In this document: in pieces, positions 29,123 to 39,564 of the stretch
How the letters are laid out: each line of letters opens with the position of its first letter
Numbering within the stretch: position 1 is the stretch's first letter
Assembly (NCBI GenBank): GCA_038279365.1
Contig: JAYODI010000040.1
Coordinates: forward strand, 1 to 47,818
Direction: 5' to 3'
DNA: 47,818 nt
DNA from: Candidatus Latescibacterota bacterium
GTDB lineage: Bacteria > Latescibacterota > UBA2968
Position numbers and translations under genes: made by a program
The notes under the pieces: generated by a model
Database searches by the model: none
Told to the model about the DNA's origin: nothing
The model's input: only the letters and a program-made list of their open reading frames with translations

Positions 29123-29410
29123 ATGGATGGGTCTCTTGTTTGTTCCCAGTGTGGCCAAACCCTCGAAGCATTTAAGCACGATGGGTTGTTGGGGTGTGCT
29201 GCATGTTATCCTGCTTTTGCAACGGAGTTAACACGCATTTTTAAGCGGTTACATGGTGCCACACAACACTTTATGTCAGAAACCCCCAAAGCAGCAGAAA
29301 CTGTGGTCACTTTGGAAGCTCTGCTTCGCGATGCGGTGGCGCGAGAAGACTACGAAGCAGCAAGCGCACTTAGAGATCGCATTTTGGTCATAAAAAGTAC
29401 ATCCTCATGA
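29123..29410 (+). CDS. mcsA: Short McsA-like activator (two CxxC motifs + UVR domain)
   Basis: CSQCG…F…GLLGCAACYPAF…LHG…H and AVAREDYEAASALRDRI; lies immediately before mcsB with ATGA overlap. Confidence 0.8.
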   Translation: MDGSLVCSQCGQTLEAFKHDGLLGCAACYPAFATELTRIFKRLHGATQHFMSETPKAAETVVTLEALLRDAVAREDYEAASALRDRILVIKSTSS

Positions 29411-30462
29411 CGTTTGACGATTTTGCACGATTGCCTGTATCATGGTTAGACGGCACTGGAGAACAATCTGCTATCGTTGTAAGCAGTCGGGTGCGGCTGG
29501 CGCGTAATTTGGTCGATTTGCCATTTCCACACCGGGCAACAGAACGGCATCGCCAATTGCTGGTGCAGGCGGTTTTGGCCGCCAGTGCACAGCATGAAAA
29601 AACAAAAAAATTGGCTTACTTTGGTGCCGATGATCTCAGTTTGTTGCAGCAGCAGGTTTTGGTTGAGCGCCAGGTGATGAGTCCTGCGATGATGAAGCGC
29701 AACGGGGCACGTGGGGTTTTGGTTGGGCAAGCTGGGCGTTTTAGTGTGATGCTCAACGAAGAAGATCATTTGCGATTCCAGGCCATTTTATCGGGTTTGC
29801 AACCTCAAAATGCGTGGCAGTCCATTTTTGAGCTTCAACAAATATTTGCAGAATTTTTACATTTTGCTTTTCATGATGTTTGGGGCTATCTCACTGCCTG
29901 TCCAAGCAACACTGGTACAGGGTTGCGGGCATCGGTTTTGATTCATTTGCCAGGGTTGGTTTTAACCCAAGAAATGGATGCGGTGGTGCGTGGCATTACC
30001 CAAATGGGTTTTGCGGTGCGCGGCTTTTTTGGTGAAGGCTCAGACGCATTGGGAAATATGTTTCAAGTGTCCAATCAGATTACGCTTGGGCGATCAGAAC
30101 AAGATTTGTTGAAGATGTTGAATCAGGCGGTTGCACAATTGGTTGCCTGTGAAGAAAATGCACGTGATGCTTTGTTAAGTAGCGTGCGATCTAAAATAGA
30201 AGATAAGGTGTGGCGGGCTTGGGGCATATTGAAACACGCGCGTTTGTTGACCTCTCAAGAGTTCATGAATTTGGCGTCTGCAGTACGTTTGGGCGTGAGT
30301 CTCAAAATGGTTCACCAGGTGTCTTTACAGACCTTGAATGAATTGATGATTGAAACCCAACCTTCGCATTTGCAATTTTTGATGGGGAAGCAATTGGAAG
30401 CTGCTGAAAGAGATGTTTTTCGTGCTGATTGGGTTCGGCGAAAATTGGTGCCGTCTGAATAA
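29407..30462 (+). CDS. mcsB: Protein-arginine kinase (ATP:guanido phosphotransferase)
   Basis: SSRVRLARN, MLNEEDHLR, GYLTACPSNTGTGLRASVLIHLPGL, VRGFFGEGS and QVSNQITLG. Confidence 0.95.
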   Translation: MTFDDFARLPVSWLDGTGEQSAIVVSSRVRLARNLVDLPFPHRATERHRQLLVQAVLAASAQHEKTKKLAYFGADDLSLLQQQVLVERQVMSPAMMKRNGARGVLVGQAGRFSVMLNEEDHLRFQAILSGLQPQNAWQSIFELQQIFAEFLHFAFHDVWGYLTACPSNTGTGLRASVLIHLPGLVLTQEMDAVVRGITQMGFAVRGFFGEGSDALGNMFQVSNQITLGRSEQDLLKMLNQAVAQLVACEENARDALLSSVRSKIEDKVWRAWGILKHARLLTSQEFMNLASAVRLGVSLKMVHQVSLQTLNELMIETQPSHLQFLMGKQLEAAERDVFRADWVRRKLVPSE

Positions 30463-30488
30463 CACTGGGCTGGCAAGAGGAGTTTGGA

Positions 30489-32957
30489 ATGAATAACATG
30501 TTTTCGGATAGGGTAAAAAGGGTCATGCAATTGGCGCGTGAAGAAGCCGCGCGTTTGGGGCATAACTATATCGGTACTGAGCATTTGCTTTTGGGCATTA
30601 TTCGCGAGGGCAAAGGCACGGCCACCCAAGTGTTGGTGAACTTGGGGTTGAATTTGGAAAATATCAAACAATCAATAGATGACTATGTGTCATCTTCTGG
30701 CAGTTCGATGACCATGGGCGAGGTGCCATTTACACCTCGAGCAAAGCAAATTTTGGAAATTGCTGCCAACGAAGCCAAAGAAATGAAGAGCCAGTATGTG
30801 CGCACCAGTCATTTGCTGTTGGCTTTGCTCAAAGATAAAGATGGTGTTGCTGCACAAATTCTGGCTGCATTCGGAGTCGATCACAAGACCGCCAAAGAGG
30901 AGGTGATTGCCGTTTTGCAAGGGAAAACTTCGGGTAAACGAGACAAGAAGAAAAGCAAAACCCCATTCCTTGACCACTTTGGGCGTGACTTGACTGAATT
31001 GGCACGGCAAGGCAAATTGGATCCAACCATTGGCCGTGACCAAGAAATAGAGCGTGTGTCGCAGGTATTGAGCCGATACAAAAAGAACAACCCAGTGTTG
31101 GTGGGAGATCCTGGGGTAGGTAAAACCCAAATTGTAGAAGGGTTGGCGCAGCGCATTGTTGATCGGCGCGTACCTCAGGTTTTGCTGGATAAACGCGTAG
31201 TGACCTTAGATATGGGTGGTATTGTGGCCGGTACCAAATATCGTGGCCAGTTTGAAGAACGCATTAAGGCCGTGATGAACGAATTGCAACAAAGCCAAGA
31301 TGTGGTGATTTTTATTGATGAGTTACACACCATTGTAGGAGCAGGGAGTGCCGAAGGCACTTTGGATGCGTCCAATATGTTTAAACCCGCACTTTCTCGG
31401 GGAGAGTTGCAATGCATTGGTGCAACAACCATTGATGAATATCGCAAATACATCGAAAAAGATGGTGCACTTGAACGCCGTTTTCAAACGATTGTCGTAG
31501 ATGCCCCTTCTATTGATGAAACCATTGAAATTTTGAAGGGTCTGAAAGGCCGATATGAAGCACACCACAAGGTCGCTTTTACCGATGAAGCCATCGAAGC
31601 GGCAGCACGCATGGCTGATCGTTATATCAGCGACAGACATTTACCCGACAAAGCCATTGATGTCATTGACGAAACCGGTTCGCGGTTGCGGCTTTCTCGG
31701 TTGAACCCACCCGAAGAAATTAAGACGCTTGAAAATGAAATTGCCGAAGTGACACTTGCGAAAGATGCCGCAGCAGAAAATCAGCAATTTGAAGAAGCGG
31801 CCAAACTGCGGGATCAAGAGCGGGCATTAAAAAACAAACTTGAAGAGCGTCGGCTCGATTGGGAACAACAGGTCAAAGACGAAGTGGTTGAAGTAAATGA
31901 AGAACATATAGCCGAAGTCATTTCGAGTATGACGGGTATTCCGGTATTCCGTTTGGCACAAGCCGATACGGAAAAGCTTATCAAAATGGAGTCGGAGCTT
32001 CAAGCCCAAGTGATTGGTCAAGAAGAAGCTGTGTCTACGGTTTGTCGCTCCATTCGCAGAACACGCGCGGGTCTTAAAGACCCCAATCGCCCCATTGGTA
32101 CATTTTTGTTTTTGGGGCCAACAGGTATTGGGAAAACATATTTGGCGCAATCTTTGGCCAAATACTTATTTGATGATGAAGAAGCGCTCATTACTGTAGA
32201 CATGTCAGAGTACATGGAGAAGTTTGCAGTATCTCGTTTGGTTGGGGCACCTCCTGGTTATGTGGGGTATGATGAAGGTGGGCAGTTGACCGAAAAGGTA
32301 AGGCGCCGTCCATATTCTGTTATTTTGCTTGATGAAGTAGAAAAAGCACATCCCGATGTGTTCAATTTGTTGCTTCAGGTTTTGGATGAAGGGCGTTTGA
32401 CCGATAGTTTTGGTCGTAAGGTAAACTTCAAAAATACCATTTTGATCATGACCTCAAACTTAGGTACCAAAGATCTCAACAAAGCCGGTGGGTTGGGTTT
32501 TGGTCGTGCGGATAAAAAATCGATTCGCGAAAAAATGGAAGAGCGCATTGGTGATGAGTTGAAGAAAACATTCAATCCCGAATTTATCAATCGATTGGAT
32601 GAGGTGGTGGTCTTCAACCCGCTCGAACGCAAAGAAATTATCCAAATTGTGGATATCGAACTGGAAGTCACTTTGGTGCGCGTGCGTGAACGCGGTATTG
32701 AAGTGAGTCTCACGCCAGGCGCAAAGACATTGTTGGCCGAAAAAGGTTATGATCCGGTATATGGTGCCCGACATTTAAAACGCACCATTCAGAAAATGAT
32801 TGAAGATCCTATGGCCGAAGATATTTTGATGGGGCGTTTTACAAGTGGTAGCCAAGTGCGCGTGAGTAAAAAAGGTGATGGGTTACAATTTGTAGATGCA
32901 AATAGCAATGATGCCGTAGATGATGATGAAGAAGTTGTCGATCGCAAGAATGGGTAA
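30489..32957 (+). CDS. clpC: ATP-dependent Clp protease ATP-binding subunit ClpC
   Basis: Double Clp-N domain, two AAA+ modules ([16 protein letters not shown]), UVR middle domain (FEEAAKLRD) and LGF ClpP-binding loop. Confidence 0.96.
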   Translation: MNNMFSDRVKRVMQLAREEAARLGHNYIGTEHLLLGIIREGKGTATQVLVNLGLNLENIKQSIDDYVSSSGSSMTMGEVPFTPRAKQILEIAANEAKEMKSQYVRTSHLLLALLKDKDGVAAQILAAFGVDHKTAKEEVIAVLQGKTSGKRDKKKSKTPFLDHFGRDLTELARQGKLDPTIGRDQEIERVSQVLSRYKKNNPVLVGDPGVGKTQIVEGLAQRIVDRRVPQVLLDKRVVTLDMGGIVAGTKYRGQFEERIKAVMNELQQSQDVVIFIDELHTIVGAGSAEGTLDASNMFKPALSRGELQCIGATTIDEYRKYIEKDGALERRFQTIVVDAPSIDETIEILKGLKGRYEAHHKVAFTDEAIEAAARMADRYISDRHLPDKAIDVIDETGSRLRLSRLNPPEEIKTLENEIAEVTLAKDAAAENQQFEEAAKLRDQERALKNKLEERRLDWEQQVKDEVVEVNEEHIAEVISSMTGIPVFRLAQADTEKLIKMESELQAQVIGQEEAVSTVCRSIRRTRAGLKDPNRPIGTFLFLGPTGIGKTYLAQSLAKYLFDDEEALITVDMSEYMEKFAVSRLVGAPPGYVGYDEGGQLTEKVRRRPYSVILLDEVEKAHPDVFNLLLQVLDEGRLTDSFGRKVNFKNTILIMTSNLGTKDLNKAGGLGFGRADKKSIREKMEERIGDELKKTFNPEFINRLDEVVVFNPLERKEIIQIVDIELEVTLVRVRERGIEVSLTPGAKTLLAEKGYDPVYGARHLKRTIQKMIEDPMAEDILMGRFTSGSQVRVSKKGDGLQFVDANSNDAVDDDEEVVDRKNG

Positions 32958-32991
32958 GTGGGGTGGCCGGGGTAAATAAGCGCATAAAGAT

Positions 32992-33013
32992 GGCCCGGAC
33001 AAATGTCCGGGCC
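32992..33013 (+). terminator. GC-rich hairpin after clpC (terminator or stability element)
   Basis: GGCCCGGACA-AA-TGTCCGGGCC followed by GTTTG (weak U tract). Confidence 0.55.
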
Positions 33014-33139
33014 GTTTGCCGTACGAGCGGAACCATTTTAACAAGCCAAGCGTTGACGGTATAGTTGCTTTTAAAAAGAGGAAGACCCGTTTTGGGAGGG
33101 GTTTAGGCCTGGAGGTTTGTTTTGTTGATGAAGGATGAT

Positions 33140-35431
33140 ATGAAATATTTTTTTGTAATCATAACAGTGATTTTGCTCCAAACATTCGGTGCTCAGGCGC
33201 AGTTGACAGATTATGTGGTTAAAGAAATTCGAGTGCGAGGAAACGCTTATGCCGAAGCATCGCTGATTAAAGATCAAAGTGGTCTCTACGAAGGCCAACG
33301 TTTGGGCAATGAAGATGCTGGGCGTGCAATCCGAAACTTGTATAAAATGGGTTTGTTTGGTGATGTAAAAGTTTTTATTGATACCAATGCCCCCGGTGGT
33401 GTGGTTGTTGAAATTGCAGTCATAGAATATCCACGTTTGGGTGTGGTGAAGTTTCAGGGCAATCGCGCATTTAAAGATAAAAAACTGAAACGTGAATTGG
33501 GTTTGATTACCGATCAATTGATCAAACCACAAGAGAAGAAGCGTGCAGAAAACAAGGTGTTGGAATTATATAAAGAGAATGGATATTTATTGGCAAAAGT
33601 AGAAGCAGAGATAGAATCCCCCGATGATGAGGGGCGCCTTCCGCTTACTTTCAAAATTGAAGAGGGCCGCAAGGTCAATTTAAAGAAAATACGGTTTCAC
33701 GGTAAAGAGATGTTTACCAACACGCGTTTGCGTAAACAGATGAAAGAAACCAAGCAAGATGGATGGTGGTTTGGTGGCGGCAAGTACAAAGAAGACGATT
33801 ATGAAGGCGATAAAGAAAATGTTTTGTCATTTTTAAGACAAAATGGATATCGTGAGGCCGCTATTGTAAGCGACAGTTTGTCTTATGGCCCCAATATGCG
33901 CGATATGTTTTTGGATATTACCTTAGAGCTTGGCCCATTGTATCATTTTGGTAAAGTGAGCTGGACTGGCAATGAAAAATTAACCGACTTGGGATTGGCC
34001 AGTTTGGTGGTGGTCGATTCGGGGGGGGTATACAGCGAAGAGCGGGTGTTTAAATCACAAGACCAAGTCAGAAATGCCTACATGGATATTGGGCATATTG
34101 GTGCACAAGTTTTTCCAGACGAAAAGGAACGCGATGACCATGTGATTGATGTGCATTTTGACATCACTGAAAATGATCCTTGGAAGATTCGTAAAATTTT
34201 AATTAAGGGCAATACCAAAACCAAAGACCGTGTGATTCGGCGTGAATTGCGTGTGTGGCCTGGGCAAACATTTAGCCGTGCCTTGTTAGAGCGCAGTATG
34301 CGTGAGGTGATGGCACTCAATTTCTTTAGCAATGTGGTTCCCACACCCCAACCTATTGAAGCATCTTCTGAGATCGATTTGGAATTTGAGGTTGAAGAGA
34401 AATCCACTGGCACGGCGTCTATTGGTGCCGGCTACAGTGAGCGCGATAAGTTGGTGGGTACTATTGGTTTGCAAATTCCCAATTTTAGGGGCAATGGTCA
34501 GCAAGTTGATTTTCAGTGGGAGTTTGGTACAAGGCGAGAAACCTTTCGGGTTGGATTTACGGAGCCTTGGTTTCGCAATACGCCCACAAGCGTGTCAGGC
34601 TCCCTCTTTCGAGACACACAACGGTATACCAACTTTGGTGCTGCAGACTTTGATCAACGTGCCGAAGGTGGCAGTGTGCGCATTGGGCGTCGGTTGCGGT
34701 GGCCTGATTATTCACGCGCTTCTGTTGGGTATCGCATTGAACGTGTGAAATTTATCAACTTTACAGACAGCACATCGGCACGCAGCACGTCATTGAGTGA
34801 CAACATTACCAGCAGTGTGAGTGCCAATTTTACGCGTGACAGCCGAGATTTGCCTCAGTTTCCGACATCGGGTTCGGTGGTGACCTACACACCTGCGTTG
34901 GCGGGTGGGTTGTTGGGTGGAAATCGCGATTTTCACAAGCATGATTTGGTGACCAGTTTTTACTTTCCTCTGTTTTGGAAAGTGGCTTTAAATATGCGCT
35001 CGCAGTTAGGCGTTGTGGCCAGTTATGGATCTGAGTCTGTGCCTTTTAATGAATTGTATACACCCGGTGGTGTTGATCTCTTTACGGGGTCTATGTTGCG
35101 TGGGTATCCCGATCAATCTGTGGGGCCACAAAATAAGGGTGGGCAAATTGGTGGGGTGGCACAGTTGCTGTTTAATGCTGAAATCAGTATTCCGATTGTG
35201 CAAAATCAGTTTTATGGTTTAATTTTTGCCGATGCGGGCAATGCTTGGGATGATTTGGGCAAAATCAGTACTGCAGATTTGCGTCGATCATTGGGCTTTG
35301 GTATTCGCATTGTGGCACCAGTGGTGGGTATTATGGGCTTTGACTTTGCTTGGGGCATAGATCGGGCGCGTGTCGATGGCCAACCCGTACAAATGATGAC
35401 CCACTTCCAGTTTGGTCCGCAGTTCTTTTAA
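33140..35431 (+). CDS. bamA: Outer membrane protein assembly factor BamA
   Basis: Signal peptide, five POTRA repeats (e.g. IRKILIKGNTKTKDRVIRRE), LRGY loop-6 motif, GFGIRI and C-terminal HFQFGPQFF. Confidence 0.95.
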   Translation: MKYFFVIITVILLQTFGAQAQLTDYVVKEIRVRGNAYAEASLIKDQSGLYEGQRLGNEDAGRAIRNLYKMGLFGDVKVFIDTNAPGGVVVEIAVIEYPRLGVVKFQGNRAFKDKKLKRELGLITDQLIKPQEKKRAENKVLELYKENGYLLAKVEAEIESPDDEGRLPLTFKIEEGRKVNLKKIRFHGKEMFTNTRLRKQMKETKQDGWWFGGGKYKEDDYEGDKENVLSFLRQNGYREAAIVSDSLSYGPNMRDMFLDITLELGPLYHFGKVSWTGNEKLTDLGLASLVVVDSGGVYSEERVFKSQDQVRNAYMDIGHIGAQVFPDEKERDDHVIDVHFDITENDPWKIRKILIKGNTKTKDRVIRRELRVWPGQTFSRALLERSMREVMALNFFSNVVPTPQPIEASSEIDLEFEVEEKSTGTASIGAGYSERDKLVGTIGLQIPNFRGNGQQVDFQWEFGTRRETFRVGFTEPWFRNTPTSVSGSLFRDTQRYTNFGAADFDQRAEGGSVRIGRRLRWPDYSRASVGYRIERVKFINFTDSTSARSTSLSDNITSSVSANFTRDSRDLPQFPTSGSVVTYTPALAGGLLGGNRDFHKHDLVTSFYFPLFWKVALNMRSQLGVVASYGSESVPFNELYTPGGVDLFTGSMLRGYPDQSVGPQNKGGQIGGVAQLLFNAEISIPIVQNQFYGLIFADAGNAWDDLGKISTADLRRSLGFGIRIVAPVVGIMGFDFAWGIDRARVDGQPVQMMTHFQFGPQFF

Positions 35432-35522
35432 TTTTATCATGATAAATAATAACGCCGGGGTAGAGGTGGTGAGGCATTGGCCTTCTGCCTTCTGCCTGCT
35501 CACTTTTTTGGAGGAGTTTGCA

Positions 35523-36074
35523 ATGCAAAATAAGATGAAATGGTTTGTGGCACTTGCCGTGATGGTGGCTGGTTTTGTAGGCACTGCACAGGCAGAAATG
35601 AAATTGGGATATATTGATTCTGAAAAGATCTTGAGTGAATACAAACCCTATTTGGATGCGCAAAAAGAATTTCAACGCTATGAAGAAGAGTTGGAGCGCG
35701 AGGTTTCAAAACGGCGCAATGATTTGATGAAAATGCAAGAAACATTTGAGCGCCAAGCTTTATTGTTGAGTGAAAAGCGCAAACAAGAAGAGCAACAAGC
35801 CATTATGCAAAAGAATCAAGAGTTGCAACGTTTTGTACAAGAAGCCGCAGATCCACAGCGTGGGCGTTTGGCACAAAAAACGCAAGAATTGTCGGAACCC
35901 ATTATTCGCAAGGTCAATGAGATTATTACAAAAGTAGCCGAAGATGAAAACTATGATTTTGTATTGAATTCGGCGGCACTGGCCTATGCCAAAGAAGCCC
36001 ATAATTTGACAGACAAAGTTTTGGAAGCACTCGCCAAAGATTTGGAAGCCTCAACCAAAGCGGGTGGGCAATAA
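35523..36074 (+). CDS. skp: OmpH/Skp periplasmic chaperone
   Basis: Signal peptide, KLGYIDSEKIL, coiled coil, YDFVLN…LTDKVL; GGAGGAG RBS; follows bamA. Confidence 0.93.
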   Translation: MQNKMKWFVALAVMVAGFVGTAQAEMKLGYIDSEKILSEYKPYLDAQKEFQRYEEELEREVSKRRNDLMKMQETFERQALLLSEKRKQEEQQAIMQKNQELQRFVQEAADPQRGRLAQKTQELSEPIIRKVNEIITKVAEDENYDFVLNSAALAYAKEAHNLTDKVLEALAKDLEASTKAGGQ

Positions 36075-36167
36075 GATTTAAAAAGAAGGGGGAGCAAGGC
36101 GTAAAGATACACGTGTTGTTTTGTGTCTTTGGGCTTTACTCCCCTCCTTTATTTTAGGGGAGGTCTT

Positions 36168-36611
36168 ATGGAGGTTGTTTTGGATATTGAGGGTATTATG
36201 AAGGCCTTGCCTCATCGTTACCCTTTTTTATTGCTTGATCGCGTGATTGAATGGGAGCGTGGGGAACGCTTGGTGGCGATAAAGAATGTGACCATGAATG
36301 AACCCTTTTTCCAGGGGCATTTTCCTGGTAACCCCGTGATGCCGGGCGTGTTGATTTTGGAAGCCATGGCTCAGGGGGCGGCCATTTTGATGAAAAATGA
36401 AGACGACGTGGATGTGGTGCCTCTTTTTATGGGCATTGACAAAGCGCGTTTTCGCAGGCAAGTTGTACCTGGCGATCAATTGCGCTTAGAAGTCGAAACC
36501 TTACAAAAACGGCGCAATGTATGCAAAGGTGCAGGAAAGGCCTTTGTGGGCGAAGAATTGGCTGCAGAAGCTGAGTTGATGGCGATGTTGGTGCCGCGCG
36601 ATCAACTTTAA
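36168..36611 (+). CDS. fabZ: 3-hydroxyacyl-ACP dehydratase
   Basis: [39 protein letters not shown] and VVPGDQL; GGAGGT RBS. Confidence 0.96.
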   Translation: MEVVLDIEGIMKALPHRYPFLLLDRVIEWERGERLVAIKNVTMNEPFFQGHFPGNPVMPGVLILEAMAQGAAILMKNEDDVDVVPLFMGIDKARFRRQVVPGDQLRLEVETLQKRRNVCKGAGKAFVGEELAAEAELMAMLVPRDQL

Positions 36612-36624
36612 AATTGCATATAAC

Positions 36625-36668
36625 AAACAAAAGGCCCGTTTCTTACGAAACGGGCCTTTTGTTTGTTT
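36625..36668. terminator. Bidirectional intrinsic terminator
   Basis: AAACAAAAGGCCCGTTTC-TTAC-GAAACGGGCCTTTTGTTT between convergent genes. Confidence 0.88.
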
Positions 36669-36678
36669 GGAGACGGAC

Positions 36679-37392
36679 TCAATCGTTTTTGTTTTCAATT
36701 TGTTCGAGTCGCTTTTTTAAATCGGCTTCAATGTCAAACATCTTGTCGGGATCACCTGCATAATCTGATGTCTTAAGGTTCATATGATCGACCATTTCTT
36801 GTAAACTGTCGATAACAGCCGTGATTTTTTGAGATTGTACAAAAGAAATGGATGCGAGGTGTTGATGTTGTGCCAAGTCTTGAGGGGCATGGATACACAA
36901 TTGTGCCATGCCTGCAATGGCTTGGGTGGCATTGTTGATGTGGTGGGCAAGGGTGACGAGTGTTTGGCCCACACCTTGTATTTGGGAGAGGCGCTTTTCA
37001 CGATCTACGATTTGTTTTTGCAAGTCTCTTAGGCGCAAAAGCGAGCGAATGCGTGTGGCCACCTCATCCATATGGAAGGGTTTGGTAATATAGTCATCTG
37101 CACCTGCTTCGATACCTGCCAAACGATCTTCGTGATCTCTTTTTGCCGTGATCATAATAACAGGCAGATTGGCATATGTTTCGTCTTGTCGCAATATTTC
37201 GAGGACTTCAACGCCATTTTTTTCTGGCATGTCATAGTCGAGTAAGACAAGGTCGGGGTGAAAGGCTTTGATTTGCTCAAGGGCATGGTTGCCGTCAATG
37301 GCTTTCTCAACTTCGTGGTTGAGCAGTTTGAGTTGCTCTTCCAGAAAGTCGAGGTTTAACGGTAAATCATCGACTATTAAAATTTTGGCCAT
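36679..37392 (-). CDS. Response regulator: receiver + HisKA-like helical domain
   Basis: ILIVDD, DLVLLDYDMP, ITA, GADDYITKPF; C-terminal TLAHHINNA H-box-like segment; AAGGAG RBS. Confidence 0.88.
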   Translation of the reverse strand: MAKILIVDDLPLNLDFLEEQLKLLNHEVEKAIDGNHALEQIKAFHPDLVLLDYDMPEKNGVEVLEILRQDETYANLPVIMITAKRDHEDRLAGIEAGADDYITKPFHMDEVATRIRSLLRLRDLQKQIVDREKRLSQIQGVGQTLVTLAHHINNATQAIAGMAQLCIHAPQDLAQHQHLASISFVQSQKITAVIDSLQEMVDHMNLKTSDYAGDPDKMFDIEADLKKRLEQIENKND

Positions 37393-37446
37393 TTGGCTCC
37401 TTTAATGGCAAAGGAAATATGCTTTTGGTTAATTAAGAGTAATGAT

Positions 37447-39336
37447 CTAAAGATGGGGTGTTAAGTCATTTTCTAAAGCTTCCCATTCTGCAAAAAGTGC
37501 TTCAATTTGTATTTGATGCGCTTTTTTTTCTTCTGCCAATAATTTCAGTTCATCCCATTTTGTGGCAAGATCTTCTCGTGCCATTTCTATATCGAGTTGG
37601 GCCATTTTTTCTTCTAAATTTGCAATGGTTTGTTCCAATTCTCCAGCGCGACGTTTTTGGCGTTCTTGCTCACGTTGGATGCGTTTGCGATTTTTATGGT
37701 CGTCTTTTGTGGGAGCCGATGTTTTTAATGCCATGGTTTCGGCTTCTTTTTGACGTTGCTCTTGATAGGTGTCGTAATTGCCCTCAATGATGCGCCAAGA
37801 CCCTTCTTCAAGTACCAAGAGGCGGTTGGCCAATCGGTTGAGAAAGTAGCGGTCGTGAGAGACGGTGATGAGTGTGCCACTAAAGTTTTCGAGTGCTTCT
37901 TCCAACACATTGCGAGACGCAATGTCTAAGTGGTTTGTGGGTTCATCAAGGGCCAACAGATTGACAGGGGTACGCATCAGCTTTGCCAATGCCACGCGGC
38001 TTTGCTCGCCACCACTTAAGTTGCCAATTTTGCGTTCAACATCATCGCCAGTAAAAAGAAAGGCACCCAAAAAAGCACGCACTTCAGCAACTGGCACTTG
38101 GGGGGTGAGTGACCAAACCTCATCCAAAACGCTTACCTTATGGTTGAGATCTTGGCGGGTTTGATCAAAATAACCAATTTCTAAGCCCGATCCTGGTGTT
38201 ACCTTGCCAGCGTCGGCCGATAATTTTCCCAAAATGATTTTGAGGAGTGTGGATTTGCCTGTTCCGTTTGGGCCAATGATGCCCAAGCGATCACCGCGCC
38301 AAATGATGAGGTCAAGGTTGCTAAATAGGGCTCGGTTTTCGTAGCCTTTTTTTAACCCTTCGAGTTGGAAAACCCGGTCACCCCCCCGTGTGGAGGTGGC
38401 AAATTTAAGCCCCATTTTGCGGCGTTCTGTTGGGCTGTCAAGGCGCTCTACCTTTTCTAATGCTTTGCGACGGCTTTGGGCTTGTTTGGTTTTTTGCCCC
38501 GCAATGTTTCGGCGAATGTATTCTTCTGTGCGTAAAATTTCACTTTGTTGTGCATCAAATGCCTTTTGCTGTTGTGCGATGCGAAGGGCTTTTTCTTTGA
38601 CATAAAAAGTGTAAGATCCAGGATAAAAGGATGCGTGTCCTTGTTCTATTTCAACAATTTTGGTAACGGTGCGTTCCAAAAAATAACGGTCATGTGAGAT
38701 GATGACAAATGCATTTTTATATTCAGAAAGGAAGTGTTCGAGCCATTCTAATGCTTGTAAGTCTAAGTGGTTAGTGGGTTCGTCTAAGAGCAACAAATCG
38801 GGCTCTCTGGACAAAAGCTGTGCCAGTGCCAGTCGATTTTTTTGCCCACCACTTAAAACTTTAGTGGGCAGGTTTAAGTCGGTTTCTCGAAATCCTAAGC
38901 CAAAAAGAATGGCTTTGACACGGGCTTCAAGAGCATATCCACCTTCGAGTTCGTAACGGTCTCGCAATTTGCCATAATTGTCTAAAAAGCCGGGTTCATC
39001 GTGTTTGTCAGACATGGTCATTTCCATGTCGTGTAGGCGATGTTGGATGTCTAATAAGTCGGCAAAGGACTCTAATGCAACGTCAAAGACAGTTTGATCT
39101 GCTTGAAAGGAGGGTTCTTGTTCAAGGAAGCCAATATGGATGTTGCGTTGCTGATGCACTTGGCCTTGGTCGGGCAAATGTTTACCCGTTAAAACACCAA
39201 AGAGAGTCGTTTTGCCACATCCATTGTGACCGACCAAACCAATTTTTTCTCCCGGATCAATTTGCCAAGAGATTCCTTGCAGGATATCGTTGGCCCCGTA
39301 GGCTTTCCAAATATTGTTGAGTGTGATAATGGGCAT
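37447..39336 (-). CDS. ABC-F family ATP-binding protein (Uup/YdiF-like)
   Basis: Two ABC domains (GHNGCGKTT/LSGGQ/DEPTNHLD; GPNGTGKST/LSGGE/DEPTNHLD), linker KQAQSRRKALEK, C-terminal coiled coil, no TMs. Confidence 0.95.
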   Translation of the reverse strand: MPIITLNNIWKAYGANDILQGISWQIDPGEKIGLVGHNGCGKTTLFGVLTGKHLPDQGQVHQQRNIHIGFLEQEPSFQADQTVFDVALESFADLLDIQHRLHDMEMTMSDKHDEPGFLDNYGKLRDRYELEGGYALEARVKAILFGLGFRETDLNLPTKVLSGGQKNRLALAQLLSREPDLLLLDEPTNHLDLQALEWLEHFLSEYKNAFVIISHDRYFLERTVTKIVEIEQGHASFYPGSYTFYVKEKALRIAQQQKAFDAQQSEILRTEEYIRRNIAGQKTKQAQSRRKALEKVERLDSPTERRKMGLKFATSTRGGDRVFQLEGLKKGYENRALFSNLDLIIWRGDRLGIIGPNGTGKSTLLKIILGKLSADAGKVTPGSGLEIGYFDQTRQDLNHKVSVLDEVWSLTPQVPVAEVRAFLGAFLFTGDDVERKIGNLSGGEQSRVALAKLMRTPVNLLALDEPTNHLDIASRNVLEEALENFSGTLITVSHDRYFLNRLANRLLVLEEGSWRIIEGNYDTYQEQRQKEAETMALKTSAPTKDDHKNRKRIQREQERQKRRAGELEQTIANLEEKMAQLDIEMAREDLATKWDELKLLAEEKKAHQIQIEALFAEWEALENDLTPHL

Positions 39337-39463
39337 AACAATTCACAAGCAATAGGGTCAGGCGTTTTTGGAAACGCATATTGTATTTCTTGAGCAGATG
39401 TGTATCTGTAGATAACCGTTTAAGATCACATATGTCACAGAAGATGTCAAGGGTAGGGTTTAT

Positions 39464-39502
39464 AAAAACAAAGCTGCCCGGTCGGGCGACCAGACAGCTT
39501 TG
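39464..39502 (-). terminator. Intrinsic terminator in the region upstream of the ABC-F gene
   Basis: Minus strand CAAAGCTGTCTGGTC-GCCC-GACCGGGCAGCTTTG-TTTTT. Confidence 0.8.
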
Positions 39503-39564
39503 AAGGGCTTTGGTCGGCAAGGATGAACACCTTGCCGTAGCCGCAATATGGTGAGAGTACTCTC

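Noticed and set aside
35480..35497. GCCTTCT heptamer repeated twice between bamA and skp
   Set aside because: Only about 2.5 copies; within chance expectation.
39424..39439. CRP/FNR-like site (TGTGA-N6-TGATC on the minus strand) upstream of ABC-F
   Set aside because: Only one half-site matches the consensus; cannot be supported.
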